Program-made: the position numbers and the translations under genes
Source of the DNA: Lepidodermella squamata
Taxonomy: Eukaryota; Animalia; Gastrotricha
Assembly (NCBI GenBank): GCA_047495785.1
Contig: JBLDXI010000011.1
Span: forward strand, 1,860,001 to 1,924,000
Reading direction: 5' to 3'
DNA length: 64,000 nucleotides
The notes under the pieces: model-generated
What the model was told of the DNA's origin: nothing
What the model saw: the letters and a program-made list of their open reading frames with translations, nothing else
Databases searched by the model: none
Shown: positions 39,533 to 51,781 of the stretch, in pieces
Numbering within the stretch: the first letter of the stretch is position 1
Layout: each line of letters begins with the position of its first letter

Positions 39533-40033
39533 CCTGAAGTATTTAATAGATAATTACCACGAATCAATTTAGCTTGTTGTTGAGCTAAACCGTGAGAAAA
39601 AAATTCAGCACAGTAGCCTTCTAAATAAAGCAGAACGATACATAAGTAAAAGCTATTGACACAGCTTTCTTGTGTTCTACAAGGCCTAAAGCCTATATTT
39701 ATACTTGCTGATGACGTTTAAACGAATTCACGGCACGATGTCGTATAAGAAAAGGTGTGATTCAATATGCCCACAGGTATAATGCCAGCGGTGGTGCCAG
39801 AAAATATATAGCGGTTATTTTTTTGTATCGTGGGAGGGCTTTCACTTTAATTCAGAGCACACAACAAGTTTCCAATTTTTTCTATATACAGCTTAACTAC
39901 TACGTAACTACTTCGGTAAAAGAAAAAAGTAGAATTAATCACGAAAAAATATCCTGAAATCCTGAATTATCCGAAAAATGACACATACAGCGGTTAACAA
40001 TTAACCAGCCTTGTATCTTATATTCGAAGCCTA

Positions 40034-42092
40034 CACGCCGAAAAAAAGCACGCCTGTAGCCGCGGAGAATTTCTAACAGTTTATAAATCCGAGAGGCATC
40101 TCGCCTGCTGATGAGCCCACCGGAAAAATTTTAAATCGTTTTAGTCCTTCCATAAGTCGACTTCACATAGACGCGTGCACCTCAATCGTGATTTGCGTGG
40201 CCCTTGAATCAGGGTGATTAAAGGGCTCAGTTACCACCACCATCATGTGCAGACTTTTCGGATTTCAAACACCAAAACTGATTGCTGAATTACAAGCATT
40301 GAATTAAATTTGGTGACCGTGAATTTTTTTTTACTCATTTTGTTTCGATTCAATTTTTTGACGGACGAGAACTGTTGACGCGGTTGCACGTTAAAATTCA
40401 GTTAACGGGAAAATTGGTGCTGCATCAAAATTTCGAAATTACCCACGCACAAGAGCACGTTTTCGAATTCAGTTGCATCACCAACGGATGAGCACGCCGA
40501 GTTGGCATACAAGACACAAGCTGTCACTTTAATGTAACAATGCTCGTTTACTTGTCAAAAAACGAGTTCAAAAAATGTCGAACAGAGAATGTCGGTCAGT
40601 GTTGATTTTTTTATTGGGTTTGAACATCGTTTTTAAACATGGAAACCGACACTTCAATCGACGGCGCCGGTTTCAGGCGAGGTCGTTGCAAGGAGCCAAA
40701 TTGTGATTGTACATTTGTACGCTCAGAAGCGAACAAGTTTAGCTGCGCCGCTTGTGGGTGCCTATCCGGTCGCCATGCCAAGCAGTACGAAACAGGTAAA
40801 TTTTCCCAACATTTAAATCGTATATTTGTATCTACAACATGAAAGTTTTCGAATTTTTTATTTTTAAATTCTATTCGAAATTCTATTCCGCTATAAAATC
40901 TGTCTGATAGAAAACATATTAAATTTCCCAATTCTATTTCAGACCGTGCCATTTCGCGGGACTAACCGCGGGCGAGTGGAAACAGCTTTATAACCTGTTT
41001 TTTAAAGAGCTTTTTAGAGCTTTTCCTAATGCCAACATTTGGCTACAGCCACGAAATGGGACTGCGGTCCTTACGGATCATGCACGTAGGGTTGGTTTTT
41101 CCGTATCCACCTTAATAAAACTATTTATTTTTCCATGTCATTTCAGGCTCCCTTCCAGTCTGTCTGCACGGCGCTTGTCCGATCTAGGCGGCAAACCAGC
41201 CGCAAGCGAAACGCTACAACCGCTTCAGCCTACGCCGGCAACGGAAACAATCGAAACAATCGAAAGGGCCGGCCGACTTCCATGACCCTACTGGCCGCCA
41301 TTGCTGCTGGCACTTCCGCGTCGAGTTCGCAATCGTCGAAAACAGCCCTGGACGGCAAAATCTCTGCGTGTTGTTTTCTTCGCATAAGTCTTAGTGAGAC
41401 CGCCAGCATGGTACTCTGCACAAATTGCTCCCAGCCGTGTCATCGCGCTCAAAGTTGTCAAACGAAGCATGACGTCTTCTGCGCCTATCTACCGCACCTA
41501 TCTGTCCTGGGCCAGTGACAGCTCACGTCAGCTCAATTATGTCATTAACTAACAATTAACACCAACTGTACTAACAGATACCTAAATGGCTTACTGATTT
41601 TACCTAACTTTTTTTAATCACCTACTTAATTTTGCATATCCGATATAACACCTACATACCTTAATACCCCCGAGCTAATAAATAGCTCACTGATTTTACC
41701 TGGCTGATTAATTTTGGACATTAATAAGGCGCTTTTCAATAAAATCACGTTTTGCTAAAATGCGACTGTTTTGACAAGCTTTTTGATACTGGAACCGTAA
41801 TATTGCCCTGAAAATCCGGCTGCTCGTGGTGTATCCGAATAATTTCAATAACGCTTACACGCGTACAGCAGTAAAATCAGTTGGGCCTGCTGATGCACTA
41901 GCATAAATGAAACTAAGGCTACAGCTGTGTTGCCATTTGAATGAATATAGTGCTGTACGCGTATTGCCTAATTCGAATTCAGCAACAGAATCAACGCGTA
42001 CAGAAGCTCTTGCCAGCAAGGCTAGGCGTGAGAAAACTTTCTTCGCACACGGCTAGAGTTACATAGCTGTAGCCGCGCTTTATTTCGGCGTG
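40034..42092. mobile_element. CMC/EnSpm-like non-autonomous DNA transposon of about 2.06 kb with an internal Cys/His ORF
   Basis: TIRs CACGCCGAAAAAAAGC and GCTTTATTTCGGCGTG flanked by TA. The internal ORF 40639-40795 has C-x4-C-x-C...C-x2-C-x-C-x4-H followed by GT-AG segments. Confidence 0.65.
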
Positions 42093-42476
42093 TATAATAG
42101 TTTTCGCTGTAACGTAATGCTTCGCGTAATGTTTCGAATGAATGAGTTAACTAACTTCCTCCTGCAACTCAGGCATCAGATCAGGACACAGCCACTTCAG
42201 CAATTTTCTAGGCAATAACACGTGGTTTTTTAGTTTCAATTAAAATATTGCGCAAAAAACTTCATTGCGAAGAAAGGACAAAACAAAAAGCTTTTCGTTT
42301 TCGTTCTCATGGATAGAGAAAAAATCGATCAAAAATTGTTATACGAAGGAAATACGCGATACAGCGCGTTTTTTCAGGCTAATGTGAGTCCGGAAATATG
42401 CAAGGCAAGGTAGGATGGGCTTAATCACATCAGATGAGAGTTCAAGCATGAGATGTAAACGCAACGGTTTGAAAGT

Positions 42477-44394
42477 CTATATCACCGTGACGAACAAGAG
42501 GCATAGCACTGCGAACAAAATTCCAGCCGCATAATTTCGATTGGCACCACTGGTGGATCCGCTAGCAGATTTACTGGAGGAAGTAACGAGTTTAGGCTTT
42601 CCATTCGGCCCATCTCTGTTGCAGTCGAGCCCAACAGCAGCAGTTGGTGGAGATCGGCAAGCTTCGGTTACTTGCCGCATTTCCTTCGCCGACAGGGGTG
42701 AATCATAGACTGAGACACAGGCTATGTTGTCGTTCGCAATCATACCATACTGGATATTGGTCACGCGATCTAAAACTCCTCCGACAACAATTGATGGCAC
42801 CCATTGAATGGCCGAGTCTGATGCGTAGAACAGCTTACGATCGACAGATGTCGAATTCGAGCCCAAGCTATTCATATCATATCCAAGTTTCGAGTAGTCG
42901 AAAACAAAAAGAGTGCTCGATTTATGAAATTGGAAAATCGTCAATTTCTGATCGCTTGAATTATAAGTAAGTCCAATGAAATTCCACTCCCAGCAGAGAT
43001 TTGGGACAGCCAGAGATGCCGCGGCACTACTGTTCCTTTTGTCGTAAACTTTGACATTAAGCATGAAGTCCTCTGAGCAATGAAGCGTGAGAAACGAGTT
43101 TCCTAGCTCCATTTCAAACAGTCCGATAAGCCTACCACCGCGCCGAGATGAAGGGCTTCCAAAACCATCGCGGTTCGAATTCGCGAAGAAAGAGACAGAA
43201 AATCCGGATGGTTTCAACGGCACCATCGATTTGTAGTAGGCCAAGGTTCTATTTTTAGTACTAGCCATTGCACTGCAGCACTGTCCAGTCATGAAGCTGT
43301 AATAGCCTGAAAATTGTCCGTAGGGCGAATACTCATCTAGAGAGGCACTTTGCGATCGGCTATACGGCGCGACCCCGCAAATTGTGTCGTTCAATCGCGA
43401 AATATCGCCAAGGTACGGGGCAAATACTAGAGAATTAGGGTTTGGCCAAGGAACGCCGAGTTGAACTACAAGAAACAAATTATTCGTGTATTTCATTCAG
43501 TTATCGAATGTCTTACCATTCCCCTCGCGCTTGCAATCAGTTCCGGATGATCCCCGAGGAGCTTCGCGGCAGGCTTCCGGCAACTGGCTGATTTCGTTCT
43601 CATTTAAGGCGGCGTTGAACATCGAGAAACAAAATAAGTTCTGGCCAGTTCCGAAACCCCATTCCTTATATAAATCCCTATCCAAAGCATCGCCGAGCGT
43701 TAGTTGACTCCATTCTCCACCGATCTGGAAGGGTTTGCTTGTATTACTAGATGCGGATTTCTTTGATTTTCCATTAAGATCGATGACATAAGCCGTCATT
43801 TGGTTTGCTGTGCCATCGTGGGATATCGCGAAATACCGCCAAATATTATCACCACAAGTGCTTGAGACGTTGAGCTTGACAGTGGCATTAATGTCATCCT
43901 TGTCGAAAACTTTGACAATTAGGTCATTTGACAGGCATGTAGCTGTTAGAAATGACTTGTCGGTTTCAAATTCAAGTATTCCAGCGCCAGAACTAACTAA
44001 AGATAGGTAAAACGATATTGTGAAGCTTTGTTTTATCGGAACAGGACGATAGATCGTCAGATAGTTCCATTTCTTCCCAATGCTTGGACTTTGAGAGTAC
44101 GAACCAGCTTGAGAGCCAAACGGGTTTTTGCTAGCGTCGAATGCGGCGAAAGCACTTGTGTTTACTGGAGCCAGGTTGCAAATTCTGTCGTTCAAATCTT
44201 TGTCTCTATCCATGTGGGCATGGACTCGAGGCTAAGGACTCGAGTTTCGGCCAAGCTGTGGCTGCTGTCGAACCTTCAATTAAAAAGACGGGTTTAGTTA
44301 AAATCTTAATTACATTTGATATTCACGCTTGAATGATTTTACCTGATACCAAATACCCGATTGTTAATACTAGAAGGTTAGACGGTTTCAGCAT
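42477..44394 (-). pseudogene. Tandem LamG GPI-type gene, copy B, with a frameshift at the start of exon 2 (exons 44394-44343, about 44273-43517, 43465-42477)
   Basis: Paralogous to copies A and C. A net +4 nt caused by duplicated GGACTCGAG (44222-44230 and 44236-44244) breaks the frame after WPKLESLA. The rest of the CDS is intact. Confidence 0.72.
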
Positions 44395-45589
44395 GATACA
44401 ATTGAGCGAGTTGATTTAAAAAATCGATGAAACGTCGCTAGCCAGGTAAAATAAAGCGTTGTAGCCCTATAAATCACATACAATTATATTATAACTGATA
44501 TCAACGCAGATTTTGATGGCTTTATAGGCATAGAGCATAGAGAATCTATTACGTGCCACTGCGTTGTAGAGGTAAAAGAAATTAGCATTTTGCTTTAAAT
44601 TCTTGACATTTTTTATAACATTATACAACTCGTGGCCAATATTGCCTGATAGATAATGTCAATATCTCCACTATTTTCTTGTAAAAAATGGCGTTGTAAC
44701 CTGTGAGCGTGCCGTGCCTTATGACACAGTCATATGTGACAGACTTTCAATCGCACACACATTGCATTACACATTACTATAAAGCAATTTTCTTCATCTC
44801 TTCATAGCAATAACACGTATTTGCTTAAGGCTGCCTGTAAAGAAAATTCCCGCCACATTATGATGAGTGCTCGGCATGATAACTGGCCGATTTTAACCAT
44901 GCTAAAATGTATAATGCCACTGGTGACATTAGAAATTTCTTTTAGTGGAAGATATTATTTTTTATTCCATGGTGGTTTTTGATGAAACATTCCCTACACG
45001 CGCTGATGTAAGGGCTAAGCTTCAGTTAAATATTTTTATAAAAACCCAAGTGACAGGTATTTTATAAGGAATGAATAAACAGACATAATTATAATAATAA
45101 TATTAATAATAATACTATTTTGAGTTTTGGAAATTCTAAAATCCCTGTTGCAGAAGCAAATTTTAGATAACTAAGACCCATTATCTGCAATTATTGGTCA
45201 TTTATTTTAGCCTGCTGTTACCTATTTCGATATTTTCGTTCGATGGATTTGGATAAAATTGAACAATAAACAATTCATCACCATGAAACTATATGAAACT
45301 ATATGATGAAACTGTAGGTATCATCGATTTCTGTTCGGAGCGAAAGCTGCTGTTTCAGATAATCAAAAGCTAGCTTTAATGATTCAACGTTAAACGTTCA
45401 ACAGTTGCATGCTTATGAGTAATCTCCCTGGAGATATCGCATAACTCAGCGAATCAAGAAATTTCAAGAAATGCAAGAAAAACGCAAGAAAATGGAAGCT
45501 AGCATTTCTAATACTTATATATCCATGTTAATTTATAATAACTCATATTTTCTCGTTTAACAAGCAGCAGCGTGGATTTGTAAACAGCC

Positions 45590-47204
45590 CTGGGACTTAC
45601 ATCAATTCAACAATTGTTAACGGTGTTCTCAAAAAAGCAAAAACAGACAAGTCGGATTGTGTTGTCGTATTTTTAGATCTCGCGAAAGCTTTCGATAATA
45701 TAGGCTTTGAACACATTAGGAAAAAGCTATATTCGCTACCAATCCCGACGCTTTTACGGCGATCCATCTTTTCCCTCTTATTCAGCAATTCGACACAGGT
45801 AGAATCCAATGGCTCAAAATCCAAATCTATCTGCTTCAATCGCGGTGTCATGCAAGGATCGCCGATATCCCAATCCGTGTTCAACTTATGCATCGATTTT
45901 GTCATTAGAGAATTGGCTGACAAGAAAAATAAGTGATATGTATGTGTCGTATGTAAAGTTGATAATCATGTAATGTTGATAATACATAGCAAGATTTCAT
46001 GTAATGTTGATAATACATATGTATTCTTGATAAAACATGTCAAATGGCTATCTAATGTGGATAATACATGAAAAGTCTCATTTATTCTTGATAAAACATA
46101 AAAAATCAGTAACAATACGCCATGTAAAGTAGGTAACAGGTGCTGTAGTGGTCGCGTGTTTGATCTGGACGCGTGTCAGTGGTCTCATGGAGATGGAATG
46201 AGATCATTTTCACATTTGAACATTTCAACCCTTGAAAACATGGCTTCTAGCTCAAATGAAAATGAAGAAGATGTCGCCATCTCAGTCAAGTCTGTTTTGG
46301 GGACTGTTGTTTTAAAAGTCTGCTTCATTGAGCATTTTACGGAGAAAGGGGCTACGCAAAATAGCAAGGCCCACTCCGAAGAAAGCCTAGCTGAGCTGGC
46401 TGCTCAAGTCAAAGTGGCAGCGGAGAAATCCTCAAGAAAACCGCGTGATTACAGGTAATTTCCCTTCGAAACCTTTTACCTAAAAATTTTACTCAATTGT
46501 TCAATTCAGGTTGGTAAAGAAGTACGAGGTGATAACTCTAGGAGGACGCGAACGGCTCATTTTGAAACGGCAGGATTCAACTTCCAAGAAGGTGTTCGTT
46601 GGAAGTTTGGGAGAAGTTTTCGACGCGATTCACGCCACTCACATCGACCTGGGTCACTGTGGAAGAATGAGCTTATCTGCAACAGCAGGTGCCACCCCGG
46701 AAAGAGTTGTGACAATCTTAACTGTGAATAATACAATTATCCACTTTCCATGGTCATTAGATGCTGATTTGATATTTTTTATCAATAATAAATGACAATG
46801 ATCATGTAGTTCGCATAATAAATGGCCATTTGACATGTTTTATCAAGAATACATATGTATTATCAACATTACATGAAATCTTGCTATGTATTATCAACAC
46901 TAAATGATTATCAACTTTACATACGACATATGGATTTCGAATTGCAGAGGACATGGACTCCGTTTCAGTTCTTGGCTTCGCCGATGATACTACTCCAATT
47001 GCTAATAGCCGCGAATCTGCATGCATTCTAGTCAGAATGTTTTCTGAAATCGATTTGGACGTTAATGTTCGCAAATGCAAAGCCATCGTCGTTGAAAATA
47101 GCGAATTGTCGACGGATCCATTGATAATAGACGAAGATCAAACAATTCCTGTTCTGCACCCTACGGAGACTATCAAATATCTTGGAGTGACATTTACTGA
47201 GTAG
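45590..47204 (+). mobile_element. Non-LTR retrotransposon RT remnant (R2/NeSL-like), split by an insertion
   Basis: VVFLDLAKAFDNIG, RGVMQGSPIS..FNL (45660-45900), resuming after 46928 with YGF...LGFADD and IKYLGV. Contains a frameshift and stops. Confidence 0.88.
45945..46928 (+). mobile_element. Ginger/TDD-type (integrase-like) DNA transposon, deletion derivative
   Basis: TIRs of about 100 bp starting TGTCGTATGTAAAGTTGATAATCA and ending TGATTATCAACTTTACATACGACA, with a 4 bp TSD TATG. Internal spliced coding remnant EVFDAIHATHIDLGHCGR (integrase H2C2 zinc-binding type). Confidence 0.82.
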
Positions 47205-47394
47205 TTGACGTTTGATCTTTTGAAGTTCTTTATTTTCAACCGAGAAATATTTCGGTAACCTTATCATTCATGTCAATATTCAGACTCGTGATATTTTTTT
47301 CTGCTGTACTGCTTTGCGAGACTTTCAGAAAAGCCGCAGAGTTGCTGGAAGAAATCGATGAATAAATCGAAAAATTCAGTTTCATACACAAATA

Positions 47395-47570
47395 ATGGTC
47401 ATATTATACTACTGTCTTTAGGAGATAATCAAATCGAGCTCCGATTATCCGAGGCCGCAGGCCGAGGATGATCGGAGCGAGTTTGCAGGGACACAAAAGG
47501 GTCCGAGGCCGAAGACCGAGGACTTTTTGTGTCCCGATTAGCTCCTAAAGACAGTTGTAAAATGTTCATT
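47395..47570. repeat. Short inverted-repeat element
   Basis: ACTGTCTTTAGGAGATAATC ... GATTAGCTCCTAAAGACAGT with internal CGAGGCCG(C/A)AG(G/A)CCGAGG mini-hairpins. Confidence 0.6.
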
Positions 47571-48436
47571 ATGCTCCGATGTCACTTTTTCGGCAGGACA
47601 AATTACGCAACACGTTTTGATGGGAAGACAAAATTGTTTCTTGTGCATTTTGTTTTTTTCGTGCGTCGCTTTTTTATTCAATTATTCATGCTATGATTTT
47701 GCTGCTGTGAGCATAATTGCCTGTTAAAATTTCGCGATTGAACCTATGGAGCAGGTGAAAAACTCGAATTCGAGATTTCGATTCGTTGTGGCAATGACAT
47801 TTTGGTCACAGGTATCACAACCTTTTTACATACCTTCATTGCTTATTCTAATAAGGTAGAGATCTATAGAATTGGTTTCTTTCGGTTTTCGCCAAAATTC
47901 AGGGGCGCAACCTTTTAATTTTTGTATGCCGCTTTTGCTTGATTTTCTCATTTTTTTCTGATGCTTCTCCTGTTAGCAGAACCAAATTTACGGTGAGCGG
48001 AACCAAATATGCTGTAGCGGAACCGAATTTGCTGTTAACGGAACCAAATCGAGGCCTGAAATCGATTTTCGGATATTTATTGCGGGTCAAGATTGGCCAC
48101 AATAATTCTGCGGAACCAATGAATTTAGCGCATCATTATCCATAAGACGGAGTGTTCGGTTCAAAATTCATGCTTAGCCTAAAATCCGTAGAAATATTCA
48201 AAAAATGACTCCTTATTTCGACTTTGGTTCCGCAATAAGGAAAGTAGGTTCCGCCCACAGTAAATTTGCTACCGCTTAAAGATATTCCGTTTCATCTATT
48301 GCTGCTGCCCAAAAGGAGCAGTAAACAATACGCAGAAAACTTGGGTCTTTGAACAACATCGCTAGTGAAATGCAATTTATAACAAAATGAAAATTCAAAA
48401 GAAAAAAGCTTTCAAAAAATTGGTTGAATTTTTCTA

Positions 48437-49097
48437 CAGCGTGACCAAAAAATTCCGCAGAGCGCGAATTCGATGCGCATCAATTTAATGAGGAGTTTCA
48501 AGAAATTGAGGAGTTCCATTGGCCAGAGGTGGAAACAGGTCGGAAAAACTCAACCCAACCCGATCGGCGACCCAACCGGCACCCAGGTCACCCACCGGCA
48601 ACCCAAACCGGTAGAAAGCCGGTTTACCGGCTATGTACCGGCTTTTGACCGGTTTCAAGAGCACGTTTCCCAAACAAAAACAGCGTGAATCATGCAACCG
48701 CTCTCTTTATAATTCAAAATGCCCTTCAACCACTATGAATCACCAAAATTCTAAAAATCAATTAGCGCAGGCCACTGATTGTTGATAAAAGCTTCCTTTC
48801 TACGCCTGTCACGAAGAATTTTTCGCGGAAGTCTCACGACCGGTTCTATTCGCTAAATTTATGGCTTTCATGCCGAAAATTCCAATTTACCGGTCAACCG
48901 GCTGGAATTTAGTCAACCCATACCCAACCGGCGACCTGGCCCAACCGGCAACCGGGAGACTTACCGGCCGGTCAACCCGACCTGTTTCCACCTCTGCCAT
49001 TGGCAAAAGAATGCTTGAAATTCTTCAACTTCTTAAAACTCCTGATTAAATTGATGCGCACCGAATTCCCGCTCTGCGGAATTTTTTGGCCACCCTG
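48437..49097. mobile_element. Tc1/mariner-type MITE carrying a nested hAT MITE
   Basis: TIRs of about 70 bp, CAG(C/G)GTG(A/G)CCAAAAAATTCCGCAGAGCG..., with TA on both sides. Confidence 0.85.
48524..48996. mobile_element. hAT-type MITE
   Basis: Perfect 20 bp TIR CAGAGGTGGAAACAGGTCGG, perfect 8 bp TSD CCATTGGC (48516-48523 and 48997-49004), subterminal ACCGG repeats. Confidence 0.92.
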
Positions 49098-50710
49098 TAA
49101 TTAGGTCTTAGGTCATAGATTGTCTTGTTTGTCTTGTTTGTCTTGTTGTCTCTTTTAGTGCCTCCGCTTATCGGCCGATAAGCGGAGGGACTGAAAGAGA
49201 CAACATGAAATAAGCGGAGTGTCCCTCCGCTTATTAGTGATGATGAAACAATGGTAAAAAAGGGACATCGGAGTATAATGACTGAAAACCACAAGTGACG
49301 GAAAATGATGGAAAACGCGTGTCGTAGGCTATTTTAGGCTCCTCCAATGCCTAAGCCTATCTGAGGCCAACTTCGATCTGCAAAATGCTGAATTCGTCAA
49401 ATGTTTGAAAAAATGAGCAAAGCTTAAATAAGGCCAAATTCGAGGTTGCTATTTTTTTCATTTTCGGCCGAATCTCAGAATGCATATCGAAGCCTAACTT
49501 GGAGGTTGGCCATTTTGCCTCGAGGCCAAGCAAAAAATGGCCAAGTTGGCCAAGTTGGCGTTGAAAAAGAGGAATCCGTGTATTTTATTAATGCGTCCGG
49601 AGAAAAAAAGCTGTGTATCCCATGAAACGCGTCAAACAAGTAAGTACATGCCATTCTAATAAAACTTGATTCAGGTCATATACTATAGGCACATTTACGG
49701 ATCCGCGGTGGTTTCCTCCGGCCACTAAAAAGCCGTGAAATGCTAGTTTTCTCTAACAATTATTTGCTCGCACGCTATTGGTCGATTCAAAAATGAACGC
49801 GGGAGTCGCATTAATGCCGCTGCGAAACAAAATAACCGTCGACTTCACAGATTCATGGCTTATAATTCAGACCGGCCCGAATAAAAGAGCTTCATTTTCA
49901 GATGGTTTTAAGAAGGTTTTCTGTGAAAATGATTGGAACAATTTTCCGAAAAAATCCCAAATCCATTGAAATCAATAATTGAAAAAAATTAGCAAAGGCT
50001 GTGAATTTCATCCCAATTTCAACATTTTTGACGCATTAAAATCACCAAAATATATCGCCGAAAATTCAAGAGAAAATTGTCAATAAAAAGCATGGAAAAA
50101 TTAGACGCAAAATTCAGCTTAACTTGATAATGAAAACAAAAGAGGGGTTATTATCACCATCTTCGATCCTGAACACAGCTTTTTTCAGGTGGAATTTGAA
50201 ATTGGAATATCAATAAATTTTAGATAAAACCGAGATGAATGTCAGCCTTCAACGAAACGTCAAGAACTCGGCTGTTATATTTTTATTTCTCTTATTTTCG
50301 TGTTACTCCGTCTGCTATTTCAACTCAGCAAAAAAGTCGGCACAACGTGGCCTATGAAGAGCTATAATAATAATAATAAAAAGGAGGAAAATAGCTGCAA
50401 ATTCATTTTATTGAATGAAGAGAAAAAACAAGCTCGATTTTATCAAATGTTATCATCAGGTTTGGCAGCAAGAGATTTACCAGAAATCTATGAATGAAAT
50501 TGATTATTAGTAATTATTAAGTATAGTAGAGGTCACTAGTGTTAACTACTAACAGCTGCGTGCAAAAAACAAGGCTTTATTGCAAGCACTAATGTGACAT
50601 CGCAATACACCAAGGACCAAGGGTAAGAAATGACGTGTTGTAAGCATTGAGTGAGAAGAAGAGTTGAAGAGAGAGAAGAGTTCAACCAATTCCAAATAAG
50701 TCGAAAATAA

Positions 50711-51493
50711 TCATTTTTTGGCACTTTTCGATCCATATTTTGACTTAATCATTTGCATCAAACTGTGATGGCGCTTTTGGTAGTTAATGGGCCTGACCGA
50801 TCCACTCGCCGGGCGACCTCGCTGCTGGGCTGCTGAGGAGCCAACTTTGTAGAAGGTGCGCCGCCCAATCGCAGTCGACTGCACGTGAATTTTAGACCCA
50901 AACCTTCGATTTCGGCTGGTCGCCAAAGATCGAGCCAAAAATGACTGAACAGCCGAATTGCCGTCATCCACAGCTTTGCTTGTTCGAAGAGCAAATTTAT
51001 TCAGCAAAAAGAGGAGTGCGGGATCGCTGGCTGATTTTTCGGCCAAATTTAGCACTTTTTCGCCTAGAACAGCGAGATTAGCTCTGACATCTTCAACCTT
51101 GGGACCTGAAGAGGGCAATAAAGTTTCATCAAGCTCAGGTTCATCGGCCCCGGGTTGCGGGAATTCGACCAAGGCCGTGTCATCAAAATTGTCATCACCA
51201 TGTCCCGTTATAACTGGCTCGTTCTCCGGGCGTGGTAGGTCAGCTAAACCGAGAAACAGGTTGGTCGGGTAGTTTTTCCCGGTAGCTAAAAAAGCAATGA
51301 GCTGTTTCACTTCAGGCGTATCAATTACAAGTTTGCTGGTCGGCAAGGCAATGTTCAGCTTTTCCGCAGTGTATACCTGGGAACAATAAAACAAGTTTCC
51401 AAATTTTCCAATTTTCGTTGCGAAAAAGGCAATAGTCCGCATCTCACCAGGTGTTTGCAGAATCTGCCTGTTCGACCCTTGGGGCAGGAACAC
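50711..51493 (-). mobile_element. Probable C-terminal remnant of a Mutator/SWIM-type transposase
   Basis: KIHVQSTAIGRR...RGRP...KRHHSL resembles the C-terminus of invertebrate MULE/SWIM proteins as I recall them. There is no ATG start and no DDE domain is visible. Confidence 0.4.
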
Positions 51494-51781
51494 GATAGCA
51501 CCTAATCCTGCTGTAAGCTTACAGTTTATTTAGTTTTTTTACTGTAATTTTTTGAAAATATGAAAAAGCAAGTCGGATGATTTTAGTCACATTTTTGCTT
51601 GTCGGATGATGAAGGAAGACATTGGTCGGATGAAAAACGTTTTCCCCCGTTTCATGTATCACGTGGGGTGTCAAACAGATCAGAACGCGCAAGGCATTGT
51701 AACACAACTAATGAATCATTTCGAAAATTAACACAGTCTTCAGGTTAGATAAATTTATCAATATTGATGGATTCCATTACA

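Noticed and set aside
37518-44213. Treating the LamG domain-1 and domain-2 ORFs as separate two-gene pairs
   Set aside because: Conserved phase-1 GT-AG sites join them to each other and to a signal exon in all three copies.
45945-46110. Repeated ATGTTGATAATACAT units as a CRISPR-like array
   Set aside because: They are subterminal repeats inside the TIR of a DNA transposon, mirrored at 46825-46928. There are no unique spacers or cas genes, and the context is eukaryotic.
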